The notes under the pieces were generated by a model that had not been told where the DNA came from, ran no database searches, and was given only the letters and a program-made list of their open reading frames with translations. From positions 8,928,001 through 8,992,000 of the forward strand of contig OZ281499.1 in NCBI GenBank assembly GCA_965637545.1: 64,000 nucleotides of DNA. Reading direction: 5' to 3'. The position numbers and the translations under genes are program-made. Below are positions 1-12,900 of the stretch, one piece after another; within the stretch, counting starts at the first letter, position 1; each line of letters starts with the position of its first letter. This stretch comes from Phallusia mammillata. Lineage: Eukaryota.

Positions 1-95
1 GAACCCAGGACATTCCCGGGGACGAATCCCGATGAGTTTTTTTTTTTATGTCTGTACGAGTATATGGGTCAGGCGCGCTGGAACATTCGACCAAC
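1..95 (-). mobile_element. tRNA-derived SINE family A copy (truncated by window edge), in intron 9 of UNC93A copy 1
   Basis: Minus strand reads TTGGTCGAATGTTCCAGCGCGCCTGACCCATATAC...ATCGGGATTCGTCCCCGGGAATGTCCTGGGTTC. It has an A-box-like head and B-box-like motifs and is near-identical to the copies at 8706-8770 and 55718-55814. Confidence 0.7.
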
Positions 96-194
96 AAGAC
101 ATGAGCCATATTGGCTAGTGTAGCCATCTAACGGCGCTCAATTTGTTGGAAGTAACAGGCTGAAAAGGCTTGCCTCACCAAGTGTAATCTTTAC

Positions 195-3100
195 CTCAAC
201 GCAGTAGTACATGGCGATAGCCACGACGAGGATAGAAAGCATGACCCACAACTTAATTGAAACACAAATGAAGTTCTGGTACGCAAACGTGATGACGAAT
301 CCAAGTGATTCCCAAACTTTGTAATTTGCAAAGCCCGCTTCTTGATTGGCAGCAAACAGGACTCCGTACAGTGCTAAAACAAGAAAATACTAGTAAAGGC
401 GTTTTCTAAGCTTATTAGGATCTGATAGGTTTTGAATTTAGACTCTAAACCACAGTAAAGCACATTTATCTTTTTCAAAAATACTTGAGCATCAGAGATC
501 ACCTGGATCATAAAGCTTTTTGTTTACTAGCTTTACTCCTAAACGACCTAATAGCTAAAACACTTTACAAAACTTGGTAGCTGTAACATTGTACACTGTG
601 GTGATAGTCAATGATTGATTATAGTTTCTGCTAATTTAACTACAAATAGAGCATGAGACTAAAATTAAATATGACACAAGCTTGTTGCTAGAGCGAAAAC
701 AAACTGTGCAGAATGATAGTCGATAATTTTTCAATAAACAAATTAAAAAAAAAAAAAACTTTGAGTAAAGGTTTCAACTTACAGTTAAGTTGAGTTTGCC
801 ACACAGCATCTGCTATGCCCCAAAGAGCAGGAATAATAAAAAACAGGGCGACCTCATGCGGATAAGGAATCCACACCTAAATCAAATAAATATTAGAAAC
901 TGGTTAAGTGTTTGAAATAGATTAAGCCCAGTCACCTCCCAAATACTGCTGGTACAGAGCGTATCTAAATTTCAAGCAATGATTTTTATTCTTAAACTTT
1001 TTTATTATCGTTACCCCTGAGAAGAAGTAGATTAAGTTTATTAAACCCTGTTTAAAAACACTAAAGTTAATTTGATGATACAAAATGACAAAATGTGATT
1101 TCTCCTTAAAAATGCCAAACTACTCCTTTGGGAGTAATTACCCACAGGTTACGAATTGCAGTTTTCAATACCTGGTGGTCGCTTTGACATACAAGGCAAT
1201 GCTCGGTAATCGCGTAGTTACCACAATAAGCCAAATCAAAAGGCTTGCGATATGTTATACATAGAAAACAATCGTACCAGAAGAGTAATAAAAAGCGATA
1301 GAAAGATGGCAGTGGCCGCAGTAAAGAGGGGAATTCTTCCAACGTATTTTTCAATTCTTCCAAACAGCAGAGAACAAATTGCATCACACCCGGCGAAGCA
1401 AATAAGGACAAAACCCACCCAGTTCACTCCGAGTGGACAAGTCACGAAAGACTAAAACGAGAAGCATTTGGGGAAATTATCGAAATATGTTAAATGTTTA
1501 TGCGGATGGTCACATTAATTGCCAAAACTTCATTATGTTACTCAAATGTTTCGACAAGTTTATTGTCACTGCTGTTATTTTAAGGATTATGACAAAAACA
1601 CGTCAGCAAAAAAAAATACATTTTTAAACATGATTATTAATAACCCTTTATTGCGGCATTTAGCACATCTATCTATTTATTTTTCAGTTTTTCACGGGGT
1701 TAAAAAAATGCTCAAAATCATACTGCATTACCGGCTTCGGATGGTAACACCATAACACAGTTGCAGGGCTTTTAGGGTCGATTTCGACGTCGGGCTGTAC
1801 GTTCAGACTTAGAAATATTAAAATAATAATAATAATTATAGGTTTCCTTTTTTATCACTGATTTTAATCAATCAATACAAATAATTATTTATTTTGTGAT
1901 CTTATATTACCGTCGTAGACTATACAATATAAAACCACAAAAAGGCATGTTGTTTTTACCCGGGTAAAATCTCCGGTAAGAAATGCCTGTTCAAAACCGC
2001 TGAACACTGTAATAGCAATTAACAGCAGTTGCCGTTTGTCCCTCATATGTTTGAAGGTTGCAATTAATAAAGAGAAAGGTCCTCGGGTTTCCTGAGACCT
2101 AACAAAACATATACAACTTGATCGGAAATTTAACATGTAAAGGTAACGAAACAAGGCTACATGCTTTTAAATAGTCCTGCTCAATACAAATGTCGTACAA
2201 AAGCCTGCATAGTACTAAAAAATATTCCACCACCTTAGCTACTAATTCACTGTTTAAAAAATAAATTGTTATTAAACTATCGTACAACTTGTTGTTTATT
2301 TGCTTGACTTGTTTTAACAGACAAAAAGATCACTTTATTTACCTATGCATTTACCCAGAATTTCCGGTGTTTCATACAAACGGAATAAAATAATACACGT
2401 TTCAGTGTAGTTTTGGATTACTCGTTTAAAAATAGAAGAGAAACATAACTTAAATCCCGATTTATACCGGTGAAACACTAGTGTGGGATTTGCTTGTGAG
2501 AGGATGACTAAGAAACGCGATTAATTAAAAGCACTAATCCATATAAATTACTAGTACCATAGAAGTACTATATTCGTGAATTTTATTCTATCAATTGTTG
2601 AAAAAATAGTTGATCACGCAACAAAGTTTAGCAAATTTGATATTAAAATTATCGCAATCGTTTTAACAAACAACACACAATGAAATTAATAGCAAGTCCA
2701 CACCTGATTTTAATTTTGTCAGCTCCAAAAGCCATTATGAGTGCCCCGCTCATGCTAACCGCCGTATAGATTCCCATTAAAATATATATTGTTGATTTGG
2801 AGGGACCCGAACTGTTCAGTTCAGTAACTGGACACTCACTGCTGTTAAACTGAATTCTAGCAGCAGACAAATTGCCTTGGCAATCATTTCTGCCGCAATT
2901 TTCTTGCATATATGTTTCGTTGTAACAGGTGGGAAATTCTAAAACCAAAAGTAGATATAATTTTTATTGATTTTTATTTGTTACCACAAACTTTCACTGG
3001 GCATCGTAAAAGAAGATTTAAACTACAATTCTTAAAAATTGTGTTGTCTCCAACTTTTTAACCTGTTACATTTTTACCAAAATAGTAAACAGATATATCA

Positions 3101-5352
3101 GATAAAAATCCCAACTGGCACGACTGCTGATTATATTGCCTATTCCGTGTATTGCCTATGATTTTACAAGAACTGCTGCCAAATTTTCACTGTTCACATG
3201 CCAAAATTAACCTATATGGTTAATTTTTTAAAAAATTAACCCATTCATATCTTATAGCATTTTCCGATAGGACCGCTTGTGAACTAAGATTCAAAGGTAA
3301 TCACTGTGAAATGGGTTTTGAAACTTTAGTTGGGTGATAACATATACTCCTGTATTGAACGCTAAAAATCAAGTTTGTCCATTTATGCCTGTTGCAAAAA
3401 CAGAAACAAGATGTAAGCTTAATAATGTTTGTATACCTACCCAGGCTACTAGTGCTGTCTGATGACAAAACGAACGACGAGATGAGGTTTCCAATGATTT
3501 GTGAGGTTTGAAAAAAGAGGAAAAATATTCCGAAAAATCGATTTACGACTGCATCAGTTGTATCTTCTGTCAAGGCAGCGTACCTATAAATTAAGGTAAC
3601 TAATACACCGACCACAATTACAAACTTAATCAAAAAAGGTCAAAGATAACACACTTTGCTGTATACAAGCTGTTGCTGCTAGGTATACATGTATTGTAGC
3701 AGCAACTATAGCTCTTCAAAGAGATTTTTATAGCAAAGTCACCGACGTTGTTTCGTCCCTTTTAAAACGCCATTATGGACAAACATCTGTTTGAAGAGCA
3801 ATATTTGTTGATAACTTGCTATGCATATAGTCATCTTTCATTAGACATAACAACAATGGCCAGAAAATATTTTTTGAGATAACAAAATAAATGGTTTCGT
3901 CACAGGACGGTGAGTAAAAATCAGAAGATGAGTTTGCCACACATGCTGGTGTTATTCGTTACTATTTATAACAGTGAAAAAAGCAAAACAAAGAAATAGT
4001 CACTTGACAGATTATCAATTTCTGTGAATCTGACCTCTTAGCAGCTGTGGTGAGGTAAGTGCATTTTGCCGACCACAGGGGTGCACCAGAGAGTCCAACA
4101 AATATGGAACTTGGTATAAGAGTTCCCCAGTGTGGGTAGAAATTGGCGAGTGGGTAAGTGACGTAACAGCATATGGAAATCACCATTGTCCATTTGCAGC
4201 CGAGACAGTTAATAACTAAAAGTAAGCAAAATTGGAATATTTACCGCAACAGTACAGAAAACGTAACAATTATTTTGTCACTATAGTGAGACGTTGAAGT
4301 AGTACTCAAGAGTTATAAGGAATCTTATGTTAAAAATATTTTTCTATTGAATTTTGTAATTTTCATTTAGAAATACATGCAATTTAAACAAACGTTGATG
4401 GCAATAATGCCAGTTACAAGACTTTACAGAACCTGAGAATACAACAAATGTTTTTGGTCAAGTCGTTTTGGTCAAGTTTTTGGTCAATTAAATGGTGAGA
4501 ATTTTCATTTTCGTTTTAATTTCCCCTTAATTTGAAAAAGGACCGCCAAAACATACTTACCGTAGGTTGGAAGAAACAACGCCGAAAAGATAAGGGTGCC
4601 ATATATAACTGATAGAGAAGCTGTCCCAAGTCCTTCCTGAGGATTTAAACTTGATTGAAGAGCCGAGGCTCCTTGAAAAGCGGTAAAATTGCATAAAAAT
4701 GCCGAACAGATAAGAATGATGTTCTTCCAGATGCGTCTAATTTCTTTTCTTGAAACAAAAATAGCAATAATTGAGAAAAGATTTTCTTGGAAAAGGACAG
4801 ATGGTGCCATACTTTTGGCCAAAAACGATACTAGTAGTGGTTTGTAATAAGAAATACACATACTGACTTGAGTATGCTGAAATTGTCAGCTAAGATGTTA
4901 TTAACAAATACATAGTTAAAAACACGAGATACAGGTATTTTTTATATCTGACGTAAAAATGTGTTCGGTCAATATTGCATTATAAACTATAAAAATCTCT
5001 AAATAATTGCTGTTGATATTTTAATAGACATATTATTCTGTCGTTATACACAGATGGGATATTTCGATTGAAATATCAACCGTTTATCAAGCAATTGTTC
5101 CTAAACAATTTTAAACAGTTGTAAAAAAACCAACAAACCACAACGAAAAAAATTTAAAAAAGACAGTATAAATACAAGTAGGATAAATTAAAAAACCTAT
5201 GTAATTTGTTTAAAGTTAAGTTACGTTTTCAACGACGGATCAGCCAATATTGCATCCATATTTTCCCAGCTTTCATTTGATATCGATGTTTTTCTTTGTA
5301 TGTCCGTTAGGTTGTGATGTGAAGAATCAACATTGCCGTCACTTGAACCCAT
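195..5352 (-). CDS. UNC93A: UNC93A-like MFS membrane protein, copy 1 (last exon lies left of the window)
   Basis: GT-AG exons 5352-5225 (MGSSDGNV..ISNESWENMDAILADPSLK), 4748-4561, 4215-4035, 3583-3441, 2938-2704, 2098-1960, 1451-1278, 876-783, 373-195. Family motifs FTAFQG..LQSSLN, APLWSAK, VNRFFGIFF, CGRNDC, FEQAFLTGDFT, DAVWQTQ, ANYKVWES. Exon lengths match the other copies. Confidence 0.9.
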
Positions 5353-5937
5353 TACTGTTGACTTATGTTACTTATTAAGGTGAGCTAATTACTTGCATAC
5401 GCTGGTAATGCTCTTTAACAAAACAAAACTACTCGGTAAAGCGTTTGTTGACTGTGACACTGCAATGAGTAAGCTTAGTGTACATTTCACAAAACATAGA
5501 AGGTTTATTACTATTTCTTTATGTGATGTTTGCCCATTTTAACAGAATTCTAAACCCAGGTCAAGGGCGGACAAAGTTTATTACGCTTATACGATATGCT
5601 AAATGTATGAGCAAATAGCGAGAGTTAATAAAATTATATAGTTTGCAAATCAGTTTCGACTTTTTAGGGTCGGTTTCCGGCCATACTTTATAGTCGGTCT
5701 TACTTTTGTCTCAATTTCAACCTACTTTGGAACTAACTTGGGATTTCTTTTACAAAATCGATTTTGAGCCGGATTTTGGGCTTGTACTGTTGGAATCAAG
5801 TCCGGTTCGATCCCTAGTTTCAGAAAAGCTTAAAATGTAATTTGAAAGTTGTACACAAACCGAGATACTCCTCAAATCTACACAAACTCGTCAAAGCTCT
5901 CACGTAAGATTGTATACTGTGGTTGAATCACAAACTA

Positions 5938-7235
5938 AACTAGAAGGGTGGCTTAGCACATATTGCCCTTGCATATACACTATAACACATATTTTCTACA
6001 CTTATTTTATATTGGGTCCCATATCATCCACTGTCTTTTGTAACCTTGGTTGTTTCTGCAAGCAAAAACTCATGGGTCCCCCACACATGCAAAGTTGTAA
6101 ATAATACATTTCAAGAGATAACCATGAGAAAGTCGGGTGTTGTAAGGTAAAACACAGTGATTGGTACTGTGCATAAATAAATATGCTTTATGGAGTACAA
6201 ACTATTTAAACTCAGTGCATTTATACATTTTTGAAGGTTTTTCTATTTCATGGTCTATCTGAGAAAAAAGTGTTAAATAGTGAGAAAAGAGGCTAAAACA
6301 CAACAATCAGGTCCTGTAACACAAAGAGCTACAGGGTTGAACACAAGAATCAACACCTATAAATGGTGCACTGTACAAGCTGTCCAAATTTCATTTAATT
6401 CAGACATAGTTTGAAAAATTGACCCATTTTGGGGGGCTAGTGGGGAAAATGTTGGGGCGACAAAGTTGAACATAACAAACAACAACTATAAGTAGCACAT
6501 TCTATAAGCTGTCCAAATTTCATCCAATTCAGACAATGTTTAACAAATTCAGCCTTTTAGGGGGCTAGAGGGGTAAATATTGGGGCTACAGGGTTAAACA
6601 CAACAATTGAAACCTAAAAATAACAAATTATACAAGCTGTCAAAATTTCATCTAATTCCGACACCGTTTAAAAAACTCACCCATTTTAGGGGTTAGTTGG
6701 GTAACTGATGGGGTTTAACACCCAAAAGTATAAAATATGAAATCACAATGACCAATCAACAGTCATGTAAAATTTTATCCAATTCTGACAATGTTTAAAA
6801 TTTTGACCACTAGAGGTGTTATTAGCAACATTCGTCAATGCTTCTGACGTCATAAGGCTGTTAACACCCATCTAACTGTCAACTGCAAAAACATTCACCA
6901 AGCAACCCACAAACGTAAGTAGCATATGTCTGGTTGCCTTTATAACATCACACAAAACTAACGTTTCTGGTGCGCACCAACAACATTTTACATTTTGGGG
7001 GCTAGCGGGGTAAATACTGGGGTTGTCAGGACAAACGAAGCAGATGGCACATCTACGTAACTATATCTGCCATCTGTGAAAGTTTCATCCAAATCCATCA
7101 AACATTTCATGGCAAAAGATGGTGGACAAACTTCAGGGAGGAAAGAAAAAAACGAAAAATACAAGAAAAACAAAAAAAAACAAATCGAGTAAAATCAAGA
7201 TGTGTCCCCTTCAGGGAAGGGGACCCATAACTAGT
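5938..7235 (+). mobile_element. Non-autonomous Helitron/Helentron-like element (tentative)
   Basis: 3' perfect hairpin GTCCCCTTC-AGG-GAAGGGGAC (7204-7224) followed closely by AACTAGT. Sub-terminal inverted motif GGGTCCC (about 6013, 6073) vs GGGACCC (about 7220). Internal 128-bp tandem repeats; AACTAG at both ends; no coding capacity. Confidence 0.5.
6290..6815. repeat. About 128-bp tandem repeat, about 4 units
   Basis: Unit core AAGCTGTCCAAATTTCATCCAATTCAGACA recurs at about 6377, 6506, 6634 and 6763. Confidence 0.8.
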
Positions 7236-8820
7236 GGCCACCCTCTTCAGTAAACCCTGCCTTTTTCTAATACCAATCCTTGTACCATTGTCTTCTATTT
7301 ACAAAAGCTATAGGTTTTGCGACTATGTTTTTATGCCACATTATCATAATATTACCTTGTTGCTTGCGGCAAGGTGAACAAAATGCAATAAAAACATTAA
7401 TTCTCACAAAAATATTGTATGTTATTGAAGCTTTAAAGATTTATATGCACCATAGTCATCGTTTTCAATTGCCACTTCTTTGACATGACGCTTTCTTATA
7501 AGCAGCGACTATGATCAACCACACATTAAACTACGATCAACCACATTTCAGCTGGTCCATTTTACAATCTAATTTACCTAACTTGATTTAAGATTGTTAG
7601 AACCATGCGATTCTATTCAGGTGCTTGCAGTCCTATTAAGCAAGTAGACCAAGTGGATAAAAGGTCCGCAATTTGCTGTTGTAGGCAAACTTTGCAAGGT
7701 TGGTAAATTTGTTTGAACAGTCGCCTTACCAGCCCGGAAGTAAACACTGCTTGCATACGTTTGTTTGCATGGGCAATTCAACTCACTGCCGTGTTTAACG
7801 CATTAACGCATTTGAAATGAAATTTACGGGTTTTAACAACTTAGAAACTTGTTTATAAGTTTATAACAGATTAAGTGCAACGTTTGCACAGTAGTGTTTT
7901 GCTGAAGCAAAATTTTGTCCCTCAAAAAACAGCAAACGCAAAATCTTTTACCACGGTAGTTCAGAAATTCAGAAATATTTTCAGAAAAAATGCAAAAAGT
8001 TAGTATTTCCCAAACATTTGAGAAGCACATTAGTTGTACATAAGGTCCAGATGTTTATAAATTTTTGAAAATATAAAAACATGATAATGTTAACGGTTAG
8101 GGATAATATCGAATCTAATAAACAAGGGGTTGACTTCGATCTTTGGTTTTGTATGTCAAGTTAAGTAAATCGCTTTTGTGTTTGTACTCACAATTTTTTT
8201 TGTATCGCTTAGAGCCTGTAATGGGAGCCAAACCCGAACTCCTTAGAAAGACCAATACAACAAAACACAATAGACAGTAATAGACAATTGTTCTTGAACA
8301 AGGCATTTAAGTGCTATTTGACATCAGGTCATGTCCAGAAACGATCTACAAATTTAGCTGGTTAAATGTATCTAAAAAAATGGCACAGAGTGTAAAATCG
8401 GCCCGAAAAATCCGGGCCAGACCTACAACCCTGGTATCGCTTATAAAACCACGTACAAGGATGTTTTTAGCCGAGAACGATTTATGTTCAGTTAAACTTT
8501 TAAAAAATCAACTGGATATAACATTCCAGATTAAGTTGTTCACATTAAGTCATTTTTTCATTTCAGTTGCATGTCACTAGAGATTGTGAGCTTGTCACGA
8601 CTTACATGGAAACCTATTTTTAACTTTATATTTTTGTACATAAAAAGATCCGTTGTGTGTCGCCGTTGCGCTAGCGTTGCTTGATAAGCTTACGAAGACA
8701 TTAAAAACTTGGCCGAATGGTCTGGCGCGCCTGACCCTTGATCGGGATTCGTCCCCCGGGAGTGTCCTGGTGTACTGTGATTTATATATGAGTGTGCCGT
8801 GATCGCTGGTCTGCATAGAC

Positions 8821-9130
8821 CAGGGGTCGGCAACCTTTTAGGCGACACGTGCCAATTTACTTGTTATTTCTATGTGTTAATGACCTCGCGTGCCAACGTT
8901 TTTCTAAACAATAGTGGTTCGTGCCAGTTGATATCAATAATAAAGAGAAAGCAGCGTGTTTTGTGCATGTAAAGCTAAATTTTAAGACAAGGGCCCGATA
9001 AAAACTATAAACAAGCAGTGTAACAGGTTAAATTGTTACTTAGATATAAACACGCAAATCGGTTGGCGTGCCATGAAAAACCACCTCGCGTGCCAACCTT
9101 GGCACGCGTGCCAGGGGTTGCCGACCCCTG
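8821..9130. mobile_element. hAT-type MITE
   Basis: TIR CAGGGGTCGGCAACC / GGTTGCCGACCCCTG; perfect 8-bp TSD GCATAGAC (8813-8820, 9131-9138). Confidence 0.92.
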
Positions 9131-9182
9131 GCATAGACGCTTCAGGGCTGATCCCAGTTATGAATTTATGTTCATATTAACT

Positions 9183-9802
9183 CAGTGGTTCTCAAAGTAT
9201 GGGTCGCGACCCAAACATGGGTCGCGCAGGGTCAAAAAATGGGTCGCGCTGCAGTGATTCCATTCTGCCCAAACGAACTATTACCGTATTAAGTAAACAC
9301 AAACAAATTTTCTTAATGTAGTAGTAAAGTCACCTCATTTGACACGTTGTTCAGTAAATGAATCAATCATTACAACATACCGACAATAGCCTTTCAATTT
9401 TACTGTTACGCACATAGCGATTGTAACGTCATAGCACGGGGAAAAAAAGGACAAGGTAATCTTGCGAAACTAGACGTGGAGATGTAACAGTTAGCGTTTA
9501 AGGATTATTAAGTATTCATACAAGGAAACTTTTTAGATTTGGGATTCACTTCTATCAATGATCATGGTGCTGCAAAGCCACAATGTGTGTTTTGTTATGC
9601 AGTGTTGTCAAACGAATCGACCTCGTTAAGCCTGCAGCCATTTAGACATGGGCAGACTCCTATGCGGCGACGGCGTGGCCTCGAAATTGCAGTTCGGCTC
9701 GTTAATAAGAATATTTAAATTTTTTGATGTTTGAGGCTTGGGTCGTGAGATATTCATAAAACTCAGATTTGGGTCGTGGTCAAAAAAGTTTGAGAACCAC
9801 TG
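9183..9802 (+). mobile_element. hAT (Buster/Charlie-type) deletion derivative with BED-finger remnant
   Basis: TIR CAGTGGTTCTCAAA / TTTGAGAACCACTG; degenerate TSD TATTAACT/TCTTAACC. 9530-9619 translates FLDLGFTSINDHGAAKPQCVFCYAVLSNES, like the N-terminal zinc-finger of Buster/Charlie transposases. Confidence 0.85.
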
Positions 9803-9913
9803 TCTTAACCGATACTGGTCAATCTGGCGATCCCCTACTACGAAGCTGACATGTGCAGCATACGAGGCAGGCAACGGTGCTTGTGATTCGACTTTCGGCG
9901 GATTCTCCACTGG

Positions 9914-9987
9914 GCCTGTGTAGCTCAGTTGGTAGAGCGCGAGTCCCGGAAAGACTCCTGTCGTGGGTTCGAATCCCACCGCAGGAT
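9914..9987 (+). tRNA. tRNA-like sequence (SINE head or tRNA pseudogene), apparent anticodon GGA
   Basis: Cloverleaf: acceptor GCCTGTG/CGCAGGA (6/7), D arm GCTC/GAGC, anticodon stem GAGTC/GACTC with loop CCGGAAA, 5-nt variable region, T arm GTGGG-TTCGAAT-CCCAC. Perfect A and B boxes; T5 immediately downstream. Non-canonical: C at position 33, an extra base before the anticodon stem, no long variable arm. Confidence 0.55.
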
Positions 9988-12900
9988 TTTTCTAGCCTAC
10001 GCCTTGCCATATGGTGGTGAATGCTTGGTGAATTTATGTTCATCTTAACGGGAGTGTCCTGGGTTCGAACCCCGTGAAAAAAAAACATTTTTTGAATACT
10101 TTGTTGCTTTAGGTAAAAAATATTGTAAGTTTAAATCCCATTCAAGACAGCATATTTTGATTTAATCAATGACATATCACGCTTATATAGACTCAATTAT
10201 TTGCCCTTGGACTGGGTTAAAATATATAATTGTGTCAACTTACACGTATCTTAGGTCATATTGCCATCTTATGTTTTCTTATTTTTAACCTCCTATTACT
10301 TGCATTTCCATTTATTTAATTGGTAGCTTAAAACACTGGCATAAGTAACTCAGTTTGATATTACCATGCTTTCAAAGCTGGGAATGAGGTTAAACAGAAA
10401 ATACTTTTGATTGTAAATATATTGCAACACTATTGTAAAAAATCAAATTAACTTTCAGGATGCTCAATCAAAGCAAACACGTAGGCCTATGAAAATACCG
10501 AATTGTGACTTGTATTTGAATTACCACTTGCACAGCTTAAAAACTGTTTTTGTACACTTTTTCGTACATTAATTCACTCCGCCTGTTCAGTATTTTCTTA
10601 ATTCACTCCGTCGTGTGTGGTTGTTAATAAAAATACTCTGGCCTGCTTTTTCGAAAACAAATTTCATGGTGATGGGGTGATTTACTGTTTGCCCTTACTT
10701 TATCATGTTATAATTTTATGTAAGGTAGCTCTGCTGTAGATGTTGAATATTACTACATTTTATAAAGTATGAGTTTATGTAAGGCCAGAATTAACGAAGA
10801 GCATTTTTATTTCGAACCTTTTTGTGCTGAAACGCTGACAAAATAATTAAATAACTTCAAGAATGTTATGCAAACTTGTCGCAATACAGCAAATATGATG
10901 TGTACTCACATACTACAACTCCCTCCCAGTAAGTAAACACACTAAGCCGACATAACGTTTGTTTTGGCCCTCACATATCGAAACTGGTCTTATCGGAACT
11001 TATCGGAAAATACCTGTGGGAGGGGAAACTCATTGTTTACCAGAAACTTGGGCCAAACAGATTGGAAATTTCTCGAAGGACACTTGATTGGGCAAACTCA
11101 TACCTGCTTCGTGTGTTCAAGTTTTATTAGAAGACCTAGCTGCCTATATTGAACATTCCAACAACGGGCGTAGGGCGTTGAAAACCATGGTTATTTATGG
11201 CATTAGTGAGCGCCTTTTAATTGGGTTAAAACAGGTGTCTTTGAATTCAGTCGTTTTTTGCACGTTAAAAGTCAGACCAGCAGCAGAGTGCACATTGCTT
11301 CGACGTATGGTTATCGTTGCTCATCACTTTATCTTATCTTACCATTCTATCGTCATATCAAAATGTTAAGTCCAACTGTTTATCCAGCAAAATGTAGCCA
11401 AAGAAAGTAACAATAAGGCAACTTGTGTTGAGTGGAAGAAATTGTGCTAAACTGTAAATTGAACCAAATCCAGACGTCATAAAATTGGTTATTGCAGTTA
11501 CAACAATACTATAACAACAGCAGTTGTGAAATAAAACGACGTGTGACTTAAAAGGATAAATATATGCCCTTTTGTGAGTAAGCTTTCGAAAGCAATTTAA
11601 CAACGTTAGAAAAGGTCATATTTTATTTAAAACCTTTACGGCCCGTGCTGACACCCTTCAATACTTTTGTTGTTTTTACATTTGTATAATATTGTAGACC
11701 TAATAATACAAAGCAGCTAAGAGTAAGAATGTTGAAAACTGTTGGAACAATCTACAATAAAAACTGTGGTCACTCAAGCTTTTTGATCACTCAAGCTAAG
11801 TAAAAAGGTCAAGGCAGTCCTTTCCAGGATGTCAAAACCTCGAAGGCGGATCCAAAACCAGAAACAGGTTTCCCAACTCGCACCTCCCTATTATAACAAC
11901 CACAATGGGCCAATCTTCACACTCGCCTGATTCCAGAACGCTTCAAACACTTTCACACTGTTCCGTCACAATCGTATAATCTCAAGGCGAGGCTGTGTTA
12001 TGATTTAGATTGGTTGGATAGCTGTGGGCGTTGCCTGCCTCGACCAATCACCAATCTTCTTGGACGTGCCTTTACCAGGATATCCTGGTTTCAGGACAGG
12101 ATAAGGAATTGTAGCAGCAGTTATGCGACAAAGGGTGCTTTATCTTTTGATGTTGTATGTTGATTTTATCGACCAAAACCTCGAGCAGTTGTTGAAAAAG
12201 TTATGGATTGTTTATCTTTAAAATACGCTGCCTTTGGTGATTTGGGTGTAGAATTTGATGAGTTTAAATACAAATGGGGCCAAAAACTGTAACTTTGTAC
12301 GTAATTTACGCGACAGGCTGTGTTGAAGTCTGTCAAGCTACTTTTAATGAGAACAAATCATTATCTTTTGTAAACTTGCCAATTTATCCACTTTTTGTTT
12401 GGCTCGGACTTACGTAATAAAAATATAAGGAACCAAGTGTTCGGAACGTAGCAATGATGAAGTTATCTGTGCGTCACAGCCCTACCTTTTTATCGCTTGG
12501 CTGACGTCAAATGGTCCATAAATGTTGCGGCGATATTTTAGTCATATAATTGTCTACATTTTGGGAGAAAATCTCAAACAAAAGTTTTTGATGTCATCAC
12601 AACATCACATGTCATGGTACAGAGTTTTCTTGCTATTTGTGCATCAAAAACCAAAAGTTTTTTGTCATAAAAGAAAAATTAAGCAGGTAGTTTATATTAA
12701 CTAGTCTGTGGTGCTATAAAATAAAGGGATGGTCTCTGTTTCAAACACTTAGTTTTTTGACAAAACAAGTCCAAACAGTAAACTTATTTACAAGTTAGAG
12801 GATTTGAATTTGAGGTCCTTGTATATTTAAATAACTAACGGAAAATACATACCAAGTATAAAACGCCGCTTTACATTTTAAAGGAAAATCTTTAATCTAA

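Larger units (their letters stand above)
8706..10086 (+). mobile_element. tRNA-derived SINE family A copy split by nested insertions
   Basis: Head TTGGCCGAATGGTCTGGCGCGCCTGACCC...GATCGGGATTCGTCCC at 8709-8757. CGGGAGTGTCCTGG is duplicated at 8757-8770 and 10049-10062. The element resumes with GGGTTCGAACCCCGTG and an A-tail at 10061-10086. Confidence 0.7.

Noticed and set aside
6290-6815. Regularly spaced repeats as a CRISPR-like array
   Set aside because: Eukaryotic context; whole 128-bp units are homologous, with no unique spacers and no cas genes.
11830-12220. Higher-GC stretch with a roughly 100-codon ATG-less frame (HTRLIPERFKH..SYNLKARL) faintly like a LINE RT C-terminus
   Set aside because: No diagnostic motif, TSD or poly-A; a translated search would be needed.
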